A stretch of 64,000 bases of DNA from assembly GCA_964019335.1 (NCBI GenBank), contig OZ025709.1, positions 1 to 64,000 on the forward strand, in the 5' to 3' direction. A program made the position numbers and the translations under genes. Source of the DNA: Diplonema japonicum. Its lineage: Eukaryota; Protista; Euglenozoa: Diplonemea. Position 1 is the first letter of the stretch. Every line of letters begins with the position of its first letter. This document shows positions 35,329 through 46,255 of the stretch, piece by piece. The notes under the pieces are model-generated. The model did not search any database and had not been told where the DNA came from. It worked only from the letters and a program-made list of their open reading frames with translations.

Positions 35329-35739
35329 TCAAGGCAAAGTAGTTTTCGCAATCGGTTGGTACCAACCCACCTGAGGGGGCAGATTGGGAGGTGCAAAGCA
35401 GCGAAAGTAAGGGTTTTTGAAACACTCGGGATCGGAGTCGCAGGCTGGGGAAAGAGGGAAAATGTCGGGCGTCAGCCAATCGTCGGCCGCAGGCGCTTCA
35501 ACTGTGTTCTTTTTTCGCCGTACGTGTAGCTTGTTGCATTCGCTTTTTTTATCACAGCAACTATGCAGGAAAGGCATGCACCTGGGGACGTTGTTGCTGG
35601 GGATCTTCCACCGCTGCTGGCAGTCACGACACCTCAAGACCTTGTACCCCTTCCGTGTCCTGACGTCATCCCAGTCATTGTGCTCACAAGGCCGCTTCTC
35701 AATCGCCTCCAAGCCTTCAAGGATTGCATCCAAAGGCAT
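35329..35739 (-). CDS. Small CCCH zinc-finger protein with an additional N-terminal Cys/His motif
   Basis: PCEHNDWDDVR..LRCRDCQQRW followed by CMPFLHSCCDKKSECNKLH (C-x7-C-x5-C-x3-H). Confidence 0.78.
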   Translation of the reverse strand: MPLDAILEGLEAIEKRPCEHNDWDDVRTRKGYKVLRCRDCQQRWKIPSNNVPRCMPFLHSCCDKKSECNKLHVRRKKNTVEAPAADDWLTPDIFPLSPACDSDPECFKNPYFRCFAPPNLPPQVGWYQPIAKTTLP

Positions 35740-36471
35740 TTTTTTTTTTTACCCCCACCACCCTCTCCCCCTTTTTTGTGTTTTTTTTATTTCCCCCCAA
35801 AATCTGGAAAAAAAAGGGGGGGTGGGGAAAAAAAATGGGAGATTAAGAGGGATGGGGTGGGGGGTGAAAATGGAGTTGAGGGAGAGCCAAACGAAAGAAA
35901 AAAAATAAGATAAAAAAAAAACCCCCCCCGTTCCCCCATTTTTTTTAAAAAACCGTAATATGGACTATTGGCTCCCCATTTTGAATTAAAAAAGAAGGGG
36001 GGTAAAAAAAAAAAGAATATAATAATAACAGAAAAGACATATAAGGATCAGACGGTAATGAAGAATGGAAAGGAGAAAAAAAAATAGGAAAAAAAAGAGG
36101 TTTTTTTTTTTGAATCTTAATTCCGCTCTCGATTACTTCATTCTTTTTTTTTTAATAACCTTTCCTATTTTCTTTTTATTTAACTCCCGATTTTTCTTCC
36201 TTTTTTTTATTTTTTATTTTCCCCCTACCCAGGGGTGGTACTGAATTGAAAAGAAAAGGAGAAGAAGAAAAAAAAGGAAATTGAGCGCGGGAGGGGAAGA
36301 AGACAACCATATTCACATTTAAATGAATCTTTTCTTTTTCCTGTCAACTCTCTTTTGAAAAGAAAATTTTCGGATGGCATAAAAAAAAATCCTTTTTTTT
36401 TTTTTCGTTTTACCCCATGTCTGTGATCTCAGCTATTTTCCCAATTAGGGCACTGAAGGGGGAGAGTTTAC

Positions 36472-36503
<32 letters not shown>

Positions 36504-37584
36504 ACCTTATTCACAGCAGAATTTTATGTCACTCTTAAAACAAAAAAAAATCACGAACAGACCGAAAAGCCTCGAGTGAAATTCCTTTTTTAGTTCTAGA
36601 GGGGAGAGTGTGCATAAAATCTTCATTATTTTCGTGAACAAAATAGCTAGTTGGAAAAGTCGGATCATGCGCTTGGGAAAAAAAGGGGGGGGGGAGGTAA
36701 ACGGAAAATGAAGAGAAAAAGAAGGGGCGGGGAGAAAAAAAAAAGGACAACAAAAAATCTCAAGCAAGGTTGTGCCACTGCATTTTATCTTTTTTGTCCC
36801 ATTTTCTTTACACCTCACTAGCATCTTCTTCTTCTTTTTTTTTTTTTTTTTTGTTTTTTGTTTTTTTTTTTGTTTGTGGGAGGATGGGGAGGGGGGGGGA
36901 AACATGGCCACTTTAGAAACAAGGGAGTTCCTTACTTTTTTTTGTTCTTATTTCTCCCCCACCCCCCAATTTCCGCCCAAATTATATGAAGGAAAAAAAA
37001 AAAAAAAAAAGTGGGAGAGAGGGGTGGGGAAATAACAACAAGAATCGATACTTCTCTCACCTCAATTTTCTTTTTCAAGTAAACACAATGGAAACAAAAA
37101 AAGAAAAACAAAAAAAAAAGTATGCTGCAGGGGTAAGGATGAGATCATGAGTAAGGGTCTCCTCAGGAGCCCTACAGGACACAGCGAATAATTTTGTTGT
37201 TTTCCTTTTTTTTTTTTTTTTGTTTAAATACTGTAAGTACTCAAGGTCAAATCTCAAAGTCGGAATTTTTTTCTTTCCCCTTCCCCAGCAGGGCCAAAAA
37301 AAAGGGGGGCGACGTGGTAACAACAGCTAAGTCACTTTATCTATTGTTTTAACTGACTATCCCCCCCCCCTGCCTGTTTTCTATAGGCTAGGGGAGCTTC
37401 ATCAGCCACCGGGGGTCCTAAACCAAAAGGAATTTTGTGTAAAGATTCCGTTTTCCTTTTTCTCTACCCTGCGGCTGAAACTTTCTTCCTTTTAAATCCT
37501 TTCCCCCCTCCTCCTTTTTTTTTTCCGAGGGCACGCAAAGGATATTGCAGGAAGAGACTAAAATAGTGTAAAAGAGGAACTGGC

Positions 37585-37622
37585 TCCCCTTTTGTTTATA
37601 CAAGTCAAAGACTCGTTCTTGC
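37585..37622 (+). repeat. Dispersed repeat, partial copy 3
   Basis: TCCCCTTTTGTTTATACAAGTCAAAGACTCGTTCTTGC matches 24206-24243 with 1 mismatch. Confidence 0.8.
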
Positions 37623-38950
37623 AGAAAAAAAAGTTGTCTCGATTTTAGTGGTGCCATGCGGTATGTGACACAGCGGCCACCCTAAAAAAAAATAGAGGGG
37701 GAAAAGAAGCTCTGAATACTTGTTCTTCTTTTTTCAGGAACAATAATAATAAATAAATAAAAAACACATCTGGCAGCGCCGCTACCCACCACGAAAGAGA
37801 CTTTTGAAAAATGTGTTTGCGACAGGTTTGTCTCCGGTGGTGGAATAGGTGGGCTTTTTCCTTCCTTCCTTTCTTCTTTTTTTTTTTTTTTTTTTCTTTC
37901 GTTCTTCCCCTCTCATCTTTCTTCAGGATAGGATGGTGGAGAAAATATAGAGGAGTGAGATAGTAAGGAGAGAGAAAGAGAGAGAAAAGTGAGAGAGAGG
38001 AAAGAGTGGTTTCTTTTCTTTTTCTTCCTTTTTCTTTTTGTTATTTTTCGTTTTTTTTTTTTTTTTTTCTTTCTTACTCGCCCTTTTATTCCCACGGGGC
38101 TAAGCTAGTTCAGCATCAGGGATACTCTTTTTTTTCTTCTTTTTTTTTTTGGAAAATCCAAATAATTAAATCAGGAGGCCAGAGCTGAAGCCGCAGATTA
38201 GAAGAATCCAGCTGCCAAGTAAAACAATAACTTGGACTAGTCCTTTCTTGTTGTATCAATAACTCTATCAAGGTACAAAAAGCGGGGAGGGGGGGGGCTT
38301 TCTTTTTTGGATAAAACAGAGAAAAAGGGGGCAGGTAGAAAACCCCTCCATACCCCTCCCTGTCCAGGTTTTTTTTTCGTACCTTTTTTTTTTTCTATTC
38401 TTTTTTTTTTTCTGAATGAGGAAAAATATTTCCAGCCATGTATCTCTAAAACCCGTAAAAACAAGCCCCCCCCCTTTATTTGTTAACACCTACGCTTCCC
38501 ATCAACTAGTTTTCGTCTCGAATAAATTAAATTGTTAAAAAAGAGGGGGGGGGGGTGTTTGGGCTCCAAAAAAAAAATAAATTACCGGAAAGTGAAAACT
38601 TTGAAATTAAGCAGAGCACGGAAAAAAGAATGAAGACCCTTCAAGGTTTGAACCCCTGGAAGTAGCAAATCCTGAATTAATTGTTTTATTTGGGCTGGGC
38701 CTGCCCTACCCACAGTGCTACGCCAGGGTCCCCCCACCCCTCTCGCAAGCCGGGCCTTTTTTCGTTTCCGGGAGTTTGTCACTCCGGCATTTTTTTTCTC
38801 TCCGGGAATCTTTCGTTTCGTTTTTCTTTTCTTCTTTTTTTTTCTTTTTTTAGAGATATGGTCTGGTAAAAAAAAGAAAAAAAAAATAGAAAAAAATGGG
38901 GCTTTGGTTGCAACACTATTTGGCGTTAAGTGTGCAGCGTGGTGGGGGGT

Positions 38951-41900
38951 CTATCTTGTGTTGTTACCCTTCTGCGTCGCTGCATTTTTATCGGCAGATG
39001 GGGTGGGGATACTTCGGGTAGGTTCGAGGTAGGTCGGCACGAACTTGTCGCTCCAGTCGTCTCTCCCCGGTGAACCGGTTGCGAGTCGCTGTTCGAGGAT
39101 GAAGCGCACCTTGTCGTACGATGCGAATGTGGGTCTGCAGGTATACCCTCGGATCCGTTTGTTTGCACCAATGGATCGGAGGGAGGATGTCAAGAAAGGT
39201 TTCCCGGGTATAGGAGGGGGTCGTGCTTTCTTTTCGGCCACCTCTGACAGTTTTGTCAGAACTTTAGCTAGCCGGTTTGCACGCTTACGTACGTCAGCCG
39301 TATCTTCCAAGATGAGCTGTTTGGTCGTGGCCTCAAAGTCGAGTGCGAGCTCTATCCTTGAGACTGAACCATGTGGGCTCCACTGCAGCATGCGAAGCCA
39401 TTTGAGCACTTCTGGGACAATCGTATCCCCTTGGAAGTGTTTCAGTCCGTTGTTCTTGTACCAATCCAGGCTTGGCACCGAGCACCCTCTTCCAACCAGC
39501 GGTCTGTTCCAAGGGAACCTTTCTACCGCGGCCTTCTTCGTTTCCTGCTTCGCGCTCACTCTCCTGATGATCGCAAGCAGCATCTGTTGTATTACCTCTG
39601 GCCGTTCCGTCTTACATTCCAGAGGGATGATGCCGTGTAGTGCAAGGCAGCGTGTGATCCCCTCTTGCCTGTATGCATGCATTGCAGGGGCGAACTCAGG
39701 TGCACCGCGTACCTCTTCGTGTGCCTTGCATTTCCAGAACGTGTGTATGGTGTACTCGTCTTGCGTGGTGAAGAGCGCCTCACACCCAATACATTGTACC
39801 TCTGGTTCGACGATCGGGTAGCTGCGGAACATGGCACCCGTGATCATCCTCAAGCCAAGTCGTTCCTCTTGCACGGACCTGGCACTCTTCCACACCTCGT
39901 TAGTGCGGACTTCGTCAATTGCGCGGCCGACACCAATAAAGGAGGGTCTGCCTTTGGCAACTGCGTTCCTTCTGATCGCTTTCGTCACTCGCCGTATCTC
40001 ATGACCTCTTTCAGCTTTATGCACGCCCAAGAGGGCCCTGGCCCAAGGCCATCCGAGCTTGGCTGGTTCCAGAAGACGCAGGAGTGTTCCTATGGGACCA
40101 GCGGACCTCATATTCTTCGTGTACTTCTTCCGGATCTTTCTTGCACGCTTTCGTATTCTTCGATTTTCCGCTAGCCTCAGGACGGTGCCCGCCGTCTTGT
40201 AGGCAAAGGCAGCAAGAGGGTCGTGTGTGTGGCCCGGTAGTGCGATGTTCAAGAGCGCGCCCGATGAGCGCGTGGTGTTGTACGGACCCCACAGACAATC
40301 TGTTACAGCGATCCTAAGGGCGTCGATCTTCGCGTTTGACGGTGGGGCATATGGCGCACCGTATAAGGCAGCGGGTAGAATAGATTGGCTCACGATGAGG
40401 GCTTTCTTTGTAAAGGGTAGTTGTAACGCGGCCAGTCTCTTGGCTGTCTCGACCGCTTTCTCCACCCTCTTGTTGTCAGCCCTACCTTTCCTTTCCATTG
40501 ACAGAGTGACTCCAAGGATCTTCACCTTCTTCTTCGTAGCAAACGTAAATCCACCCTGTCGTAGAGTTGACGTATACTTCTTCACGGTGCTGAAAGCAAG
40601 CGTCTTCTCGTGGTTCAGAGCCATCCCTGTGATTTTACAGAACTCGGATACTCTATCAACAGCTCGCTGTACGTGTCGTTCTGACTTCCTGCTGTACATC
40701 GTCACATCATCGGCGTATGAGGTAGTTTTTGCCTTCGTCAAGTGTCCGATTTCTTTGACCATGATCGACAGCAGTGCGTTGATCAGAACGGCCGACAGCG
40801 GGCACCCCTGGAGGATTCCATTGTCCACGTGTAGCACCTCGCCTACCCCAAGCGGTAGTTTTAGTCGGCGTTGCAGATTCTCATACACGTATCGCATCGG
40901 ACGGGTGATGGATACGCTCAGGCCAAGGTCCTCTACTAACGAAAGGGCAATCTCCTGCGGAACTCGATCAAAGCACTTTTGGAAGTCCAGCGCTAAGCCA
41001 TACAGTGGCCTCCCACCTAGGAGTGCATCTTCTACCATTGTCGATATGTCCATGAGGACATGGTCAGCTCCGTGTTTGGGCCTGAAGCCGTGCATGGTGG
41101 GATCGATCCATTTCTCCTGCCATTCGAGAACATGTTTGAGTCGGACACAGGCCCACAGGCGGTAAATCACACTGGTGACGGTGATCGGTCGATGGTCAAG
41201 CGGTTGGCCTGTACCATTTTTCGGGAGCATCGAGATCAACGCAGTCATCACAGTGTCGGGCCAACGACCCTGTAGCTCAATAGCATTGAAAAGGTCCGCG
41301 AATGAGCCAAGAACATCGTCCGGCAGACAATGGAGCTCAGCAAAGCGCCACCCGTCAACAGCACACGCAGTCTTCTTCTTCGTTCTCGCGAGGACTACGC
41401 GCAAGTCCTGCACCGTAATCAGAGGACATGTCATTTCGGTGCGTTTGATGAACTGTCCGTAGGTCGCTTTGAATTTCTTGTACGACGGCTTGGTCTCTCC
41501 GTTTCCGAAGAGGCAGAAAACTTTCGCCCAATGCTGCTCCAAGGTCCTCAACATTTCGACTGCGTTAGCGGTGATCTGCCCACTGTCGCGCCGTACGGTT
41601 TGCGTGGTCTTCGTTTCTTGTTCCACCGTACCATCCTTTAAAAATGCCGTCACACGTTTACGGTCCGTGCCAAACTCTTCCGCAGTCCACCTCGCGTACT
41701 CCTTGTTCCGGTGTCTCTTGTTGCGGCTGATTATCTCAGCGTTCGACTTCGCAGCCCTACCCCTAAGCTCAGCCATCGCCGTGTAAATCTCGTCGTTACA
41801 AGACCAATCTTGGGGGTCGGGTCTCTCAGTCCATAGCTTCAGACGCACTGCAGTGGTGTACACGTTACGTATCTGTGCCCTCATCTCGTGCGACATGCAT

Positions 41901-43327
41901 CCTATCGCGGGTGTTTCTTCCATTCGTCGGATCAATGATTTAATCTTCCGCTTAAGGATCGCGACTTGGTTCTCTTTGCAGGTCGCTGCCCCACACCCTT
42001 CATGATTCGACGGTGCGGAAATCTCCCGAAGCACCGGTTGCCGCAAGTCTCCTCGCCCCCGCTGTGTGAGATCGGCTCCTAGGAGGTCCTCAACAGCGAC
42101 GGCTAGGTATCGAATGGCCGAGTTCAGGTTAGTCAGCAGGGTAGTGTTGAAGATTCTGCGGTCGAACAAGCCAGGCGTTCCCGTGATGACGGTGTTCGGA
42201 CATTTGAGCTGTCTGGGTACCTTGTACATGGGTACAAGTTGCCGCATGGCTGGTAACTTCAGCGTCACAGTTAGCGCTCGATGCGACGGCACGCCTATGT
42301 CTTCAGTAACACAGGACACAAGCGCTGCAGCAGCTATGGGGTTCATCAGGATGTAGTCGGGTCTTGTGGCTGCAACGGCAGTAACGTAGGTGGGGCTTGG
42401 GTCCCTCCCTTGATGTTTTGCAAACATCGCGGATGCGTCCACCCAGTGCGTGTTAAGCGCATGTTGCAATGTAGGAGATGCATCGATTGTAGTGTTCATA
42501 TCTCCAACTACAATGATCGGGACCTGGCCTAGCGATATCCGCAATCGGTTTAGGATATTGCAAAGTAAGGTTTCGCGAGCAGCGACTCCAGCCTTCGACT
42601 TATCAACATCGGCGTACAGGTTAACTACGTGTAACCACCTGTTGCCTTCACCCATCGCGTACATTACATGTTGGAATCTCGTCTGCTGTCCAACATCCGG
42701 GAGGACATGCTGTTCTATGCAGGTGCCGGGAATACGGTATAATGTGGCGACGCCTCCCCTCTCCGCTAAGGTTGGGGATTCAACACCGTCCAGCATCAGT
42801 CCACGTTGCGGTTTCCCAAATATGACACGCCTCTGCGTCATACCCGGATCCCCCTTCATTGTTGTAGCCACTTGGAATTGTGTCGTAGCCGTCAGCGCCG
42901 TCTCCTGAACACACAGGATATTGGCTGTTACCTTCTTGAGGATGTGGAATGTGTTGTTCCACGAAGTAACGTTAACCGATGTTATCGTCACTGTGTCGCA
43001 CGTTTTCGCATCACCTATCGATGTCAAGGGCGGACGCGGAACACTACCTTTCGTGCCTTGAGGTTCTCCCGCTGGAACGTAGAAGTCCTTCCATAATCCT
43101 GTCGTCTTCACCTTGAGGGATATCTTCTTGCATGGCGGGCCAGGGTTGGGGTGCACATCACCATCAGCTAACAGCCTGAGGAGTGCCTCCATCGCGATGT
43201 TTGAATATGCATGTTTTTGGTTGCATATTCGGGGAAGGGAGAAGTAGGGGCTCATGCTAAACACTGAAGGGGGGTAGCAGAGCAGGGGAACACTGATTGG
43301 GAGGAAGATCATGATACGGGTCCTCAT
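38951..43327 (-). CDS. ORF2: 2A-like peptide, AP endonuclease, reverse transcriptase, C-terminal CCHC motif
   Basis: GDVHPNPGP; SVNV, CVQET, VGDMN, RPDYI, SH (APE); RPITV, LDFQKCFD, QGCPLS, YADD at 40706-40717 (RT); CIGC..HTFWKC. ATG 43327 overlaps the ORF1 stop; the frame stays open up to 44275. Confidence 0.93.
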   Translation of the reverse strand: MRTRIMIFLPISVPLLCYPPSVFSMSPYFSLPRICNQKHAYSNIAMEALLRLLADGDVHPNPGPPCKKISLKVKTTGLWKDFYVPAGEPQGTKGSVPRPPLTSIGDAKTCDTVTITSVNVTSWNNTFHILKKVTANILCVQETALTATTQFQVATTMKGDPGMTQRRVIFGKPQRGLMLDGVESPTLAERGGVATLYRIPGTCIEQHVLPDVGQQTRFQHVMYAMGEGNRWLHVVNLYADVDKSKAGVAARETLLCNILNRLRISLGQVPIIVVGDMNTTIDASPTLQHALNTHWVDASAMFAKHQGRDPSPTYVTAVAATRPDYILMNPIAAAALVSCVTEDIGVPSHRALTVTLKLPAMRQLVPMYKVPRQLKCPNTVITGTPGLFDRRIFNTTLLTNLNSAIRYLAVAVEDLLGADLTQRGRGDLRQPVLREISAPSNHEGCGAATCKENQVAILKRKIKSLIRRMEETPAIGCMSHEMRAQIRNVYTTAVRLKLWTERPDPQDWSCNDEIYTAMAELRGRAAKSNAEIISRNKRHRNKEYARWTAEEFGTDRKRVTAFLKDGTVEQETKTTQTVRRDSGQITANAVEMLRTLEQHWAKVFCLFGNGETKPSYKKFKATYGQFIKRTEMTCPLITVQDLRVVLARTKKKTACAVDGWRFAELHCLPDDVLGSFADLFNAIELQGRWPDTVMTALISMLPKNGTGQPLDHRPITVTSVIYRLWACVRLKHVLEWQEKWIDPTMHGFRPKHGADHVLMDISTMVEDALLGGRPLYGLALDFQKCFDRVPQEIALSLVEDLGLSVSITRPMRYVYENLQRRLKLPLGVGEVLHVDNGILQGCPLSAVLINALLSIMVKEIGHLTKAKTTSYADDVTMYSRKSERHVQRAVDRVSEFCKITGMALNHEKTLAFSTVKKYTSTLRQGGFTFATKKKVKILGVTLSMERKGRADNKRVEKAVETAKRLAALQLPFTKKALIVSQSILPAALYGAPYAPPSNAKIDALRIAVTDCLWGPYNTTRSSGALLNIALPGHTHDPLAAFAYKTAGTVLRLAENRRIRKRARKIRKKYTKNMRSAGPIGTLLRLLEPAKLGWPWARALLGVHKAERGHEIRRVTKAIRRNAVAKGRPSFIGVGRAIDEVRTNEVWKSARSVQEERLGLRMITGAMFRSYPIVEPEVQCIGCEALFTTQDEYTIHTFWKCKAHEEVRGAPEFAPAMHAYRQEGITRCLALHGIIPLECKTERPEVIQQMLLAIIRRVSAKQETKKAAVERFPWNRPLVGRGCSVPSLDWYKNNGLKHFQGDTIVPEVLKWLRMLQWSPHGSVSRIELALDFEATTKQLILEDTADVRKRANRLAKVLTKLSEVAEKKARPPPIPGKPFLTSSLRSIGANKRIRGYTCRPTFASYDKVRFILEQRLATGSPGRDDWSDKFVPTYLEPTRSIPTPSADKNAATQKGNNTR

Positions 43328-45447
43328 CTTTGGCGATGTGTGCTCTTCCCTGTTGCACACTTCTGATGTTGTTGTTTTTGTTGATGTTGTTGTAGAAGTT
43401 GTTGAGTTGCGCCTAGCTGTTGCACCATAGGCGCCATTGCCTGCGCGATCAACCTTTGTACCACATCGGTAGCTCCAAGCGGGTCTTGGGTGGGCGGGGT
43501 CGGTTCTGGTTTCTTGGTAGCGGTAACCTGCTGTACGGCCTGCTGCAGTTGCTGGATCTGTTGGACGATGGGTTTCAGTGCCTCTGCGATGATGCCGTTC
43601 ACCATGTCCGCCCAGTTCGGTGGTGTAGGCTGCGGGGACGACAACGAAGGTTGTTGGGGTTTCCAGGCGCTCGTCGTGCCACCTTGGAACGTCACAGTCC
43701 CGCCGATCCCTACACCTTCCTTCTTCGCCTTCGGGTTTTTCGCCTTTGGGTTTTTCGCCTTCGGGTCTCTCGCATTCGGGTTCTTCGCCTTCGCCCCAGC
43801 CGTCTTTTTCGGTCTTTGGTTTACCACAGTCTTCGATGTCACGTCGCCCTTCTCCGCGTCGGTCTCCTCCATCTTGGCGTCCACTCGGCGCTCGTTCTTC
43901 TTCCTTAGCAGTCCGATCCCACCGAACAGCGGCACCTCGAACCCGGGTGGCTCCTTCTGTGCTAGCAGCATCCACCTTTTGGTCGACCCTCTTAGGGATG
44001 ACCGAGTCACCTCGACCGTCCACCCCCATGCAGCCAACATCATCTTGAGCTCTGTTGGTCTCATGTCGCGTGGCACCTTCTCCAGATACCAAGCCTCCGT
44101 CTGCGGTGTCGCTAGACCCTTGGCTTCGAGGTTCTTCCGGAGTTCGTTCTCCGCTGTACCCGGCGCCACACGAATACCAACCCGCTGTCGCTGGTCCACC
44201 GCAACCCCAGCGTATTGCTGGTACTTCTGTGCCACCGAGACGGCCATCTCGAGTGTCATACCCTTCTTCAGCCACACCACGCTGTCAGAGGTCTCATCCA
44301 TCGGCAGCCTTGCGGTGATCCCGTCCTTGCCACTCCTACCTAGTAGCTCCGGTGCTCTGTTGGATGCCACACAGACCGTGGTCTTCGCGCACTCCGGGTA
44401 TACCCTCGGCCTGGAGAGGTCGAAGTCCTTACCTCCAACCCAGGTGGTGAACATTTTGTTGGCCTCATCCAACGAGGACTTCTTGTGTAGCGTGAGATGC
44501 ACCAGCGTCGTGCACTTCTTCTTGATGGTTTCCGCCTGTCTTGCCATGGGGGCGAGATCGGACCAACCCATATGTGACATCCAAACTGTCAGTGATGTCG
44601 TGCCGGAGCGGTCTGGAAGGTCAAACGCGACTTGTTGCTTCTTGCCAGGGATCGCTGGTAGCGGTTGGCGGGAGATGAGAGTGAGGTGCTCCGGTTTGTG
44701 GTGCGACAGGTGCCATTCGCACGCTGCCATGTCTTCCTGCTCGACTAGCATGACACCACAGCAGTTTTCCGTCACACCGATGATGTCTGTAATGATCGGG
44801 AATGTCCAATCCAATTCGCGCAGCTTCAAGTTCGCAAATGTTTTCGGTGGGAGGGGTTCCTTCCCGGCGATCATCTCCGGGAGGGATGCGGTCTCCGGCC
44901 GTACCAGGACTGGGTTGGTCGTCAACAGGCCGTCCGGGCCGTCCGCGTCTTCCTTCTTCAGGGCGTAGTATTCACCCCCGATCTCAGCCAGCCAGCCGAC
45001 TGGCACCCCCTGCGCGTGGCCAATCATCTGTGTAGTGATGACCTCCCCGTCCGTCTTGACGAGCCCAATGGGCGCGCCAATGCGCTCCGCGTAAGCGAGG
45101 ATGGCGACTTCGTCGCCCCTTGCATTCCACTTCCTCAGGCTCGCGACGTAGTCGTCGAGCCTGACGGCAAGGAACCTCGCGTACAGCTCCTTGTTCGACT
45201 CCATCACCGACGCAACCAACTCGCGGATCGTCGCTTCGGCGCTTACCTCTCCGTGTCTGATAAAGGAGAGACAGCGAAATAGTTGTCCTCCTTGGTTACC
45301 GCATGAACGCAGGCGGAAACCGTAGCTCCTCACCTGCCCGTCGTACCACTTACGCACCTGATGTGCCCACCCCTTCTCGCTCGTCTCTTCGCGGCCGAAG
45401 CCCCCGGGCGGCGCCTCCGAGGAGGCGGACGAGCCGGGTTTTGTCAT
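43324..45447 (-). CDS. ORF1 of the retrotransposon, with a degenerate N-terminal OTU-like domain and Lys/Pro- and Gln-rich C-terminus
   Basis: 707-aa ORF directly upstream of ORF2; QLFRCLS..IRELV..YVASLRK..GDEVAILAYAE..EYYAL follows the OTU pattern. Confidence 0.85.
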   Translation of the reverse strand: MTKPGSSASSEAPPGGFGREETSEKGWAHQVRKWYDGQVRSYGFRLRSCGNQGGQLFRCLSFIRHGEVSAEATIRELVASVMESNKELYARFLAVRLDDYVASLRKWNARGDEVAILAYAERIGAPIGLVKTDGEVITTQMIGHAQGVPVGWLAEIGGEYYALKKEDADGPDGLLTTNPVLVRPETASLPEMIAGKEPLPPKTFANLKLRELDWTFPIITDIIGVTENCCGVMLVEQEDMAACEWHLSHHKPEHLTLISRQPLPAIPGKKQQVAFDLPDRSGTTSLTVWMSHMGWSDLAPMARQAETIKKKCTTLVHLTLHKKSSLDEANKMFTTWVGGKDFDLSRPRVYPECAKTTVCVASNRAPELLGRSGKDGITARLPMDETSDSVVWLKKGMTLEMAVSVAQKYQQYAGVAVDQRQRVGIRVAPGTAENELRKNLEAKGLATPQTEAWYLEKVPRDMRPTELKMMLAAWGWTVEVTRSSLRGSTKRWMLLAQKEPPGFEVPLFGGIGLLRKKNERRVDAKMEETDAEKGDVTSKTVVNQRPKKTAGAKAKNPNARDPKAKNPKAKNPKAKKEGVGIGGTVTFQGGTTSAWKPQQPSLSSPQPTPPNWADMVNGIIAEALKPIVQQIQQLQQAVQQVTATKKPEPTPPTQDPLGATDVVQRLIAQAMAPMVQQLGATQQLLQQHQQKQQHQKCATGKSTHRQR

Positions 45448-46255
45448 TTTGAATGATTTGATAGTTTACCCAGTAACCCCCTTAAAAAACAAAATAGAAA
45501 TATGATGCTGCTAAATAACTTTTTTTTTTCTTCATCTTCTTTTAGGTGAGCACACCCACCACACACCGAAATTTATCAAATCTTTTCTTTCTCTCTCTCT
45601 TTTTTCTTTTTTTTTTCTCACATCTTTCTAACTTCTACTAAAAAATCTTTACGTTTTCCTCTCTCCCTCGAAATAACAACAATCGGCTTATCACCAGAAA
45701 ACAATAGATGGGGATGGTGTAAAACAAAACAAAAATCATCCGAGGGCCGATGCGACAGGTTTCTTCCTTTTTTGTGCCCCCCCCCCCCCCGCCCCATATC
45801 AAAGAACGACGCATGATGCCCTGGGACAGATATTTCCACGAGCGTGCTGTTCGGGGGCTGCGGACTTTGATGATGTTTTTCGATTTTGCTGCTGGCGCGG
45901 AGCGGCAACGGAGGGATGGGGTGATCGGGCAACTTCCGGCTGTTTTTTTTTTTTTTTTTTTTTTTTTTTTTGAAAAAAAAAAAAAAAAAGATTAGCAATT
46001 GTAAAACAAAAAAAAAGAAATGCCGAAACAGACAAACACCCGTCCGGCATTGTTTTTTTACATGGGGGGCAGGTAGGTACAGTACGTGGGATCCCAAGAA
46101 GAAAATCTTTTGTTGCACTTTTTAGCCGTTTTTTATTCCCTACTAGTAATCTTCCCCATCGTCTAGGCTTTCTTCCCATCGCTTTCTGTGTTTCTAAGGA
46201 GTTTGGCTGAGAATAGGTGCAGGGGTGACATTATATCACTCCTGGGCTTTTTTTC

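Larger units (their letters stand above)
38680..45480 (-). mobile_element. Two-ORF APE-type non-LTR retrotransposon, apparently intact; ends approximate
   Basis: Uninterrupted ORF1 and an APE-RT ORF2; no TSD or poly(A) tail identified with confidence. Confidence 0.9.

Noticed and set aside
26000-38600. Many poly-Lys/poly-Phe ORFs in intergenic DNA
   Set aside because: Translations of A/T homopolymer runs.
43328-44275. N-terminal 316 aa of the 1774-aa ORF as the true ORF2 start
   Set aside because: It is an alternative frame of ORF1 with no domain features; ATG 43327 is more plausible, although frameshifting is not excluded.
43490-44968. 492-aa plus-strand ORF (likewise 5167..6324 +)
   Set aside because: Codon-aligned antisense mirrors of real minus-strand ORFs; no motifs.
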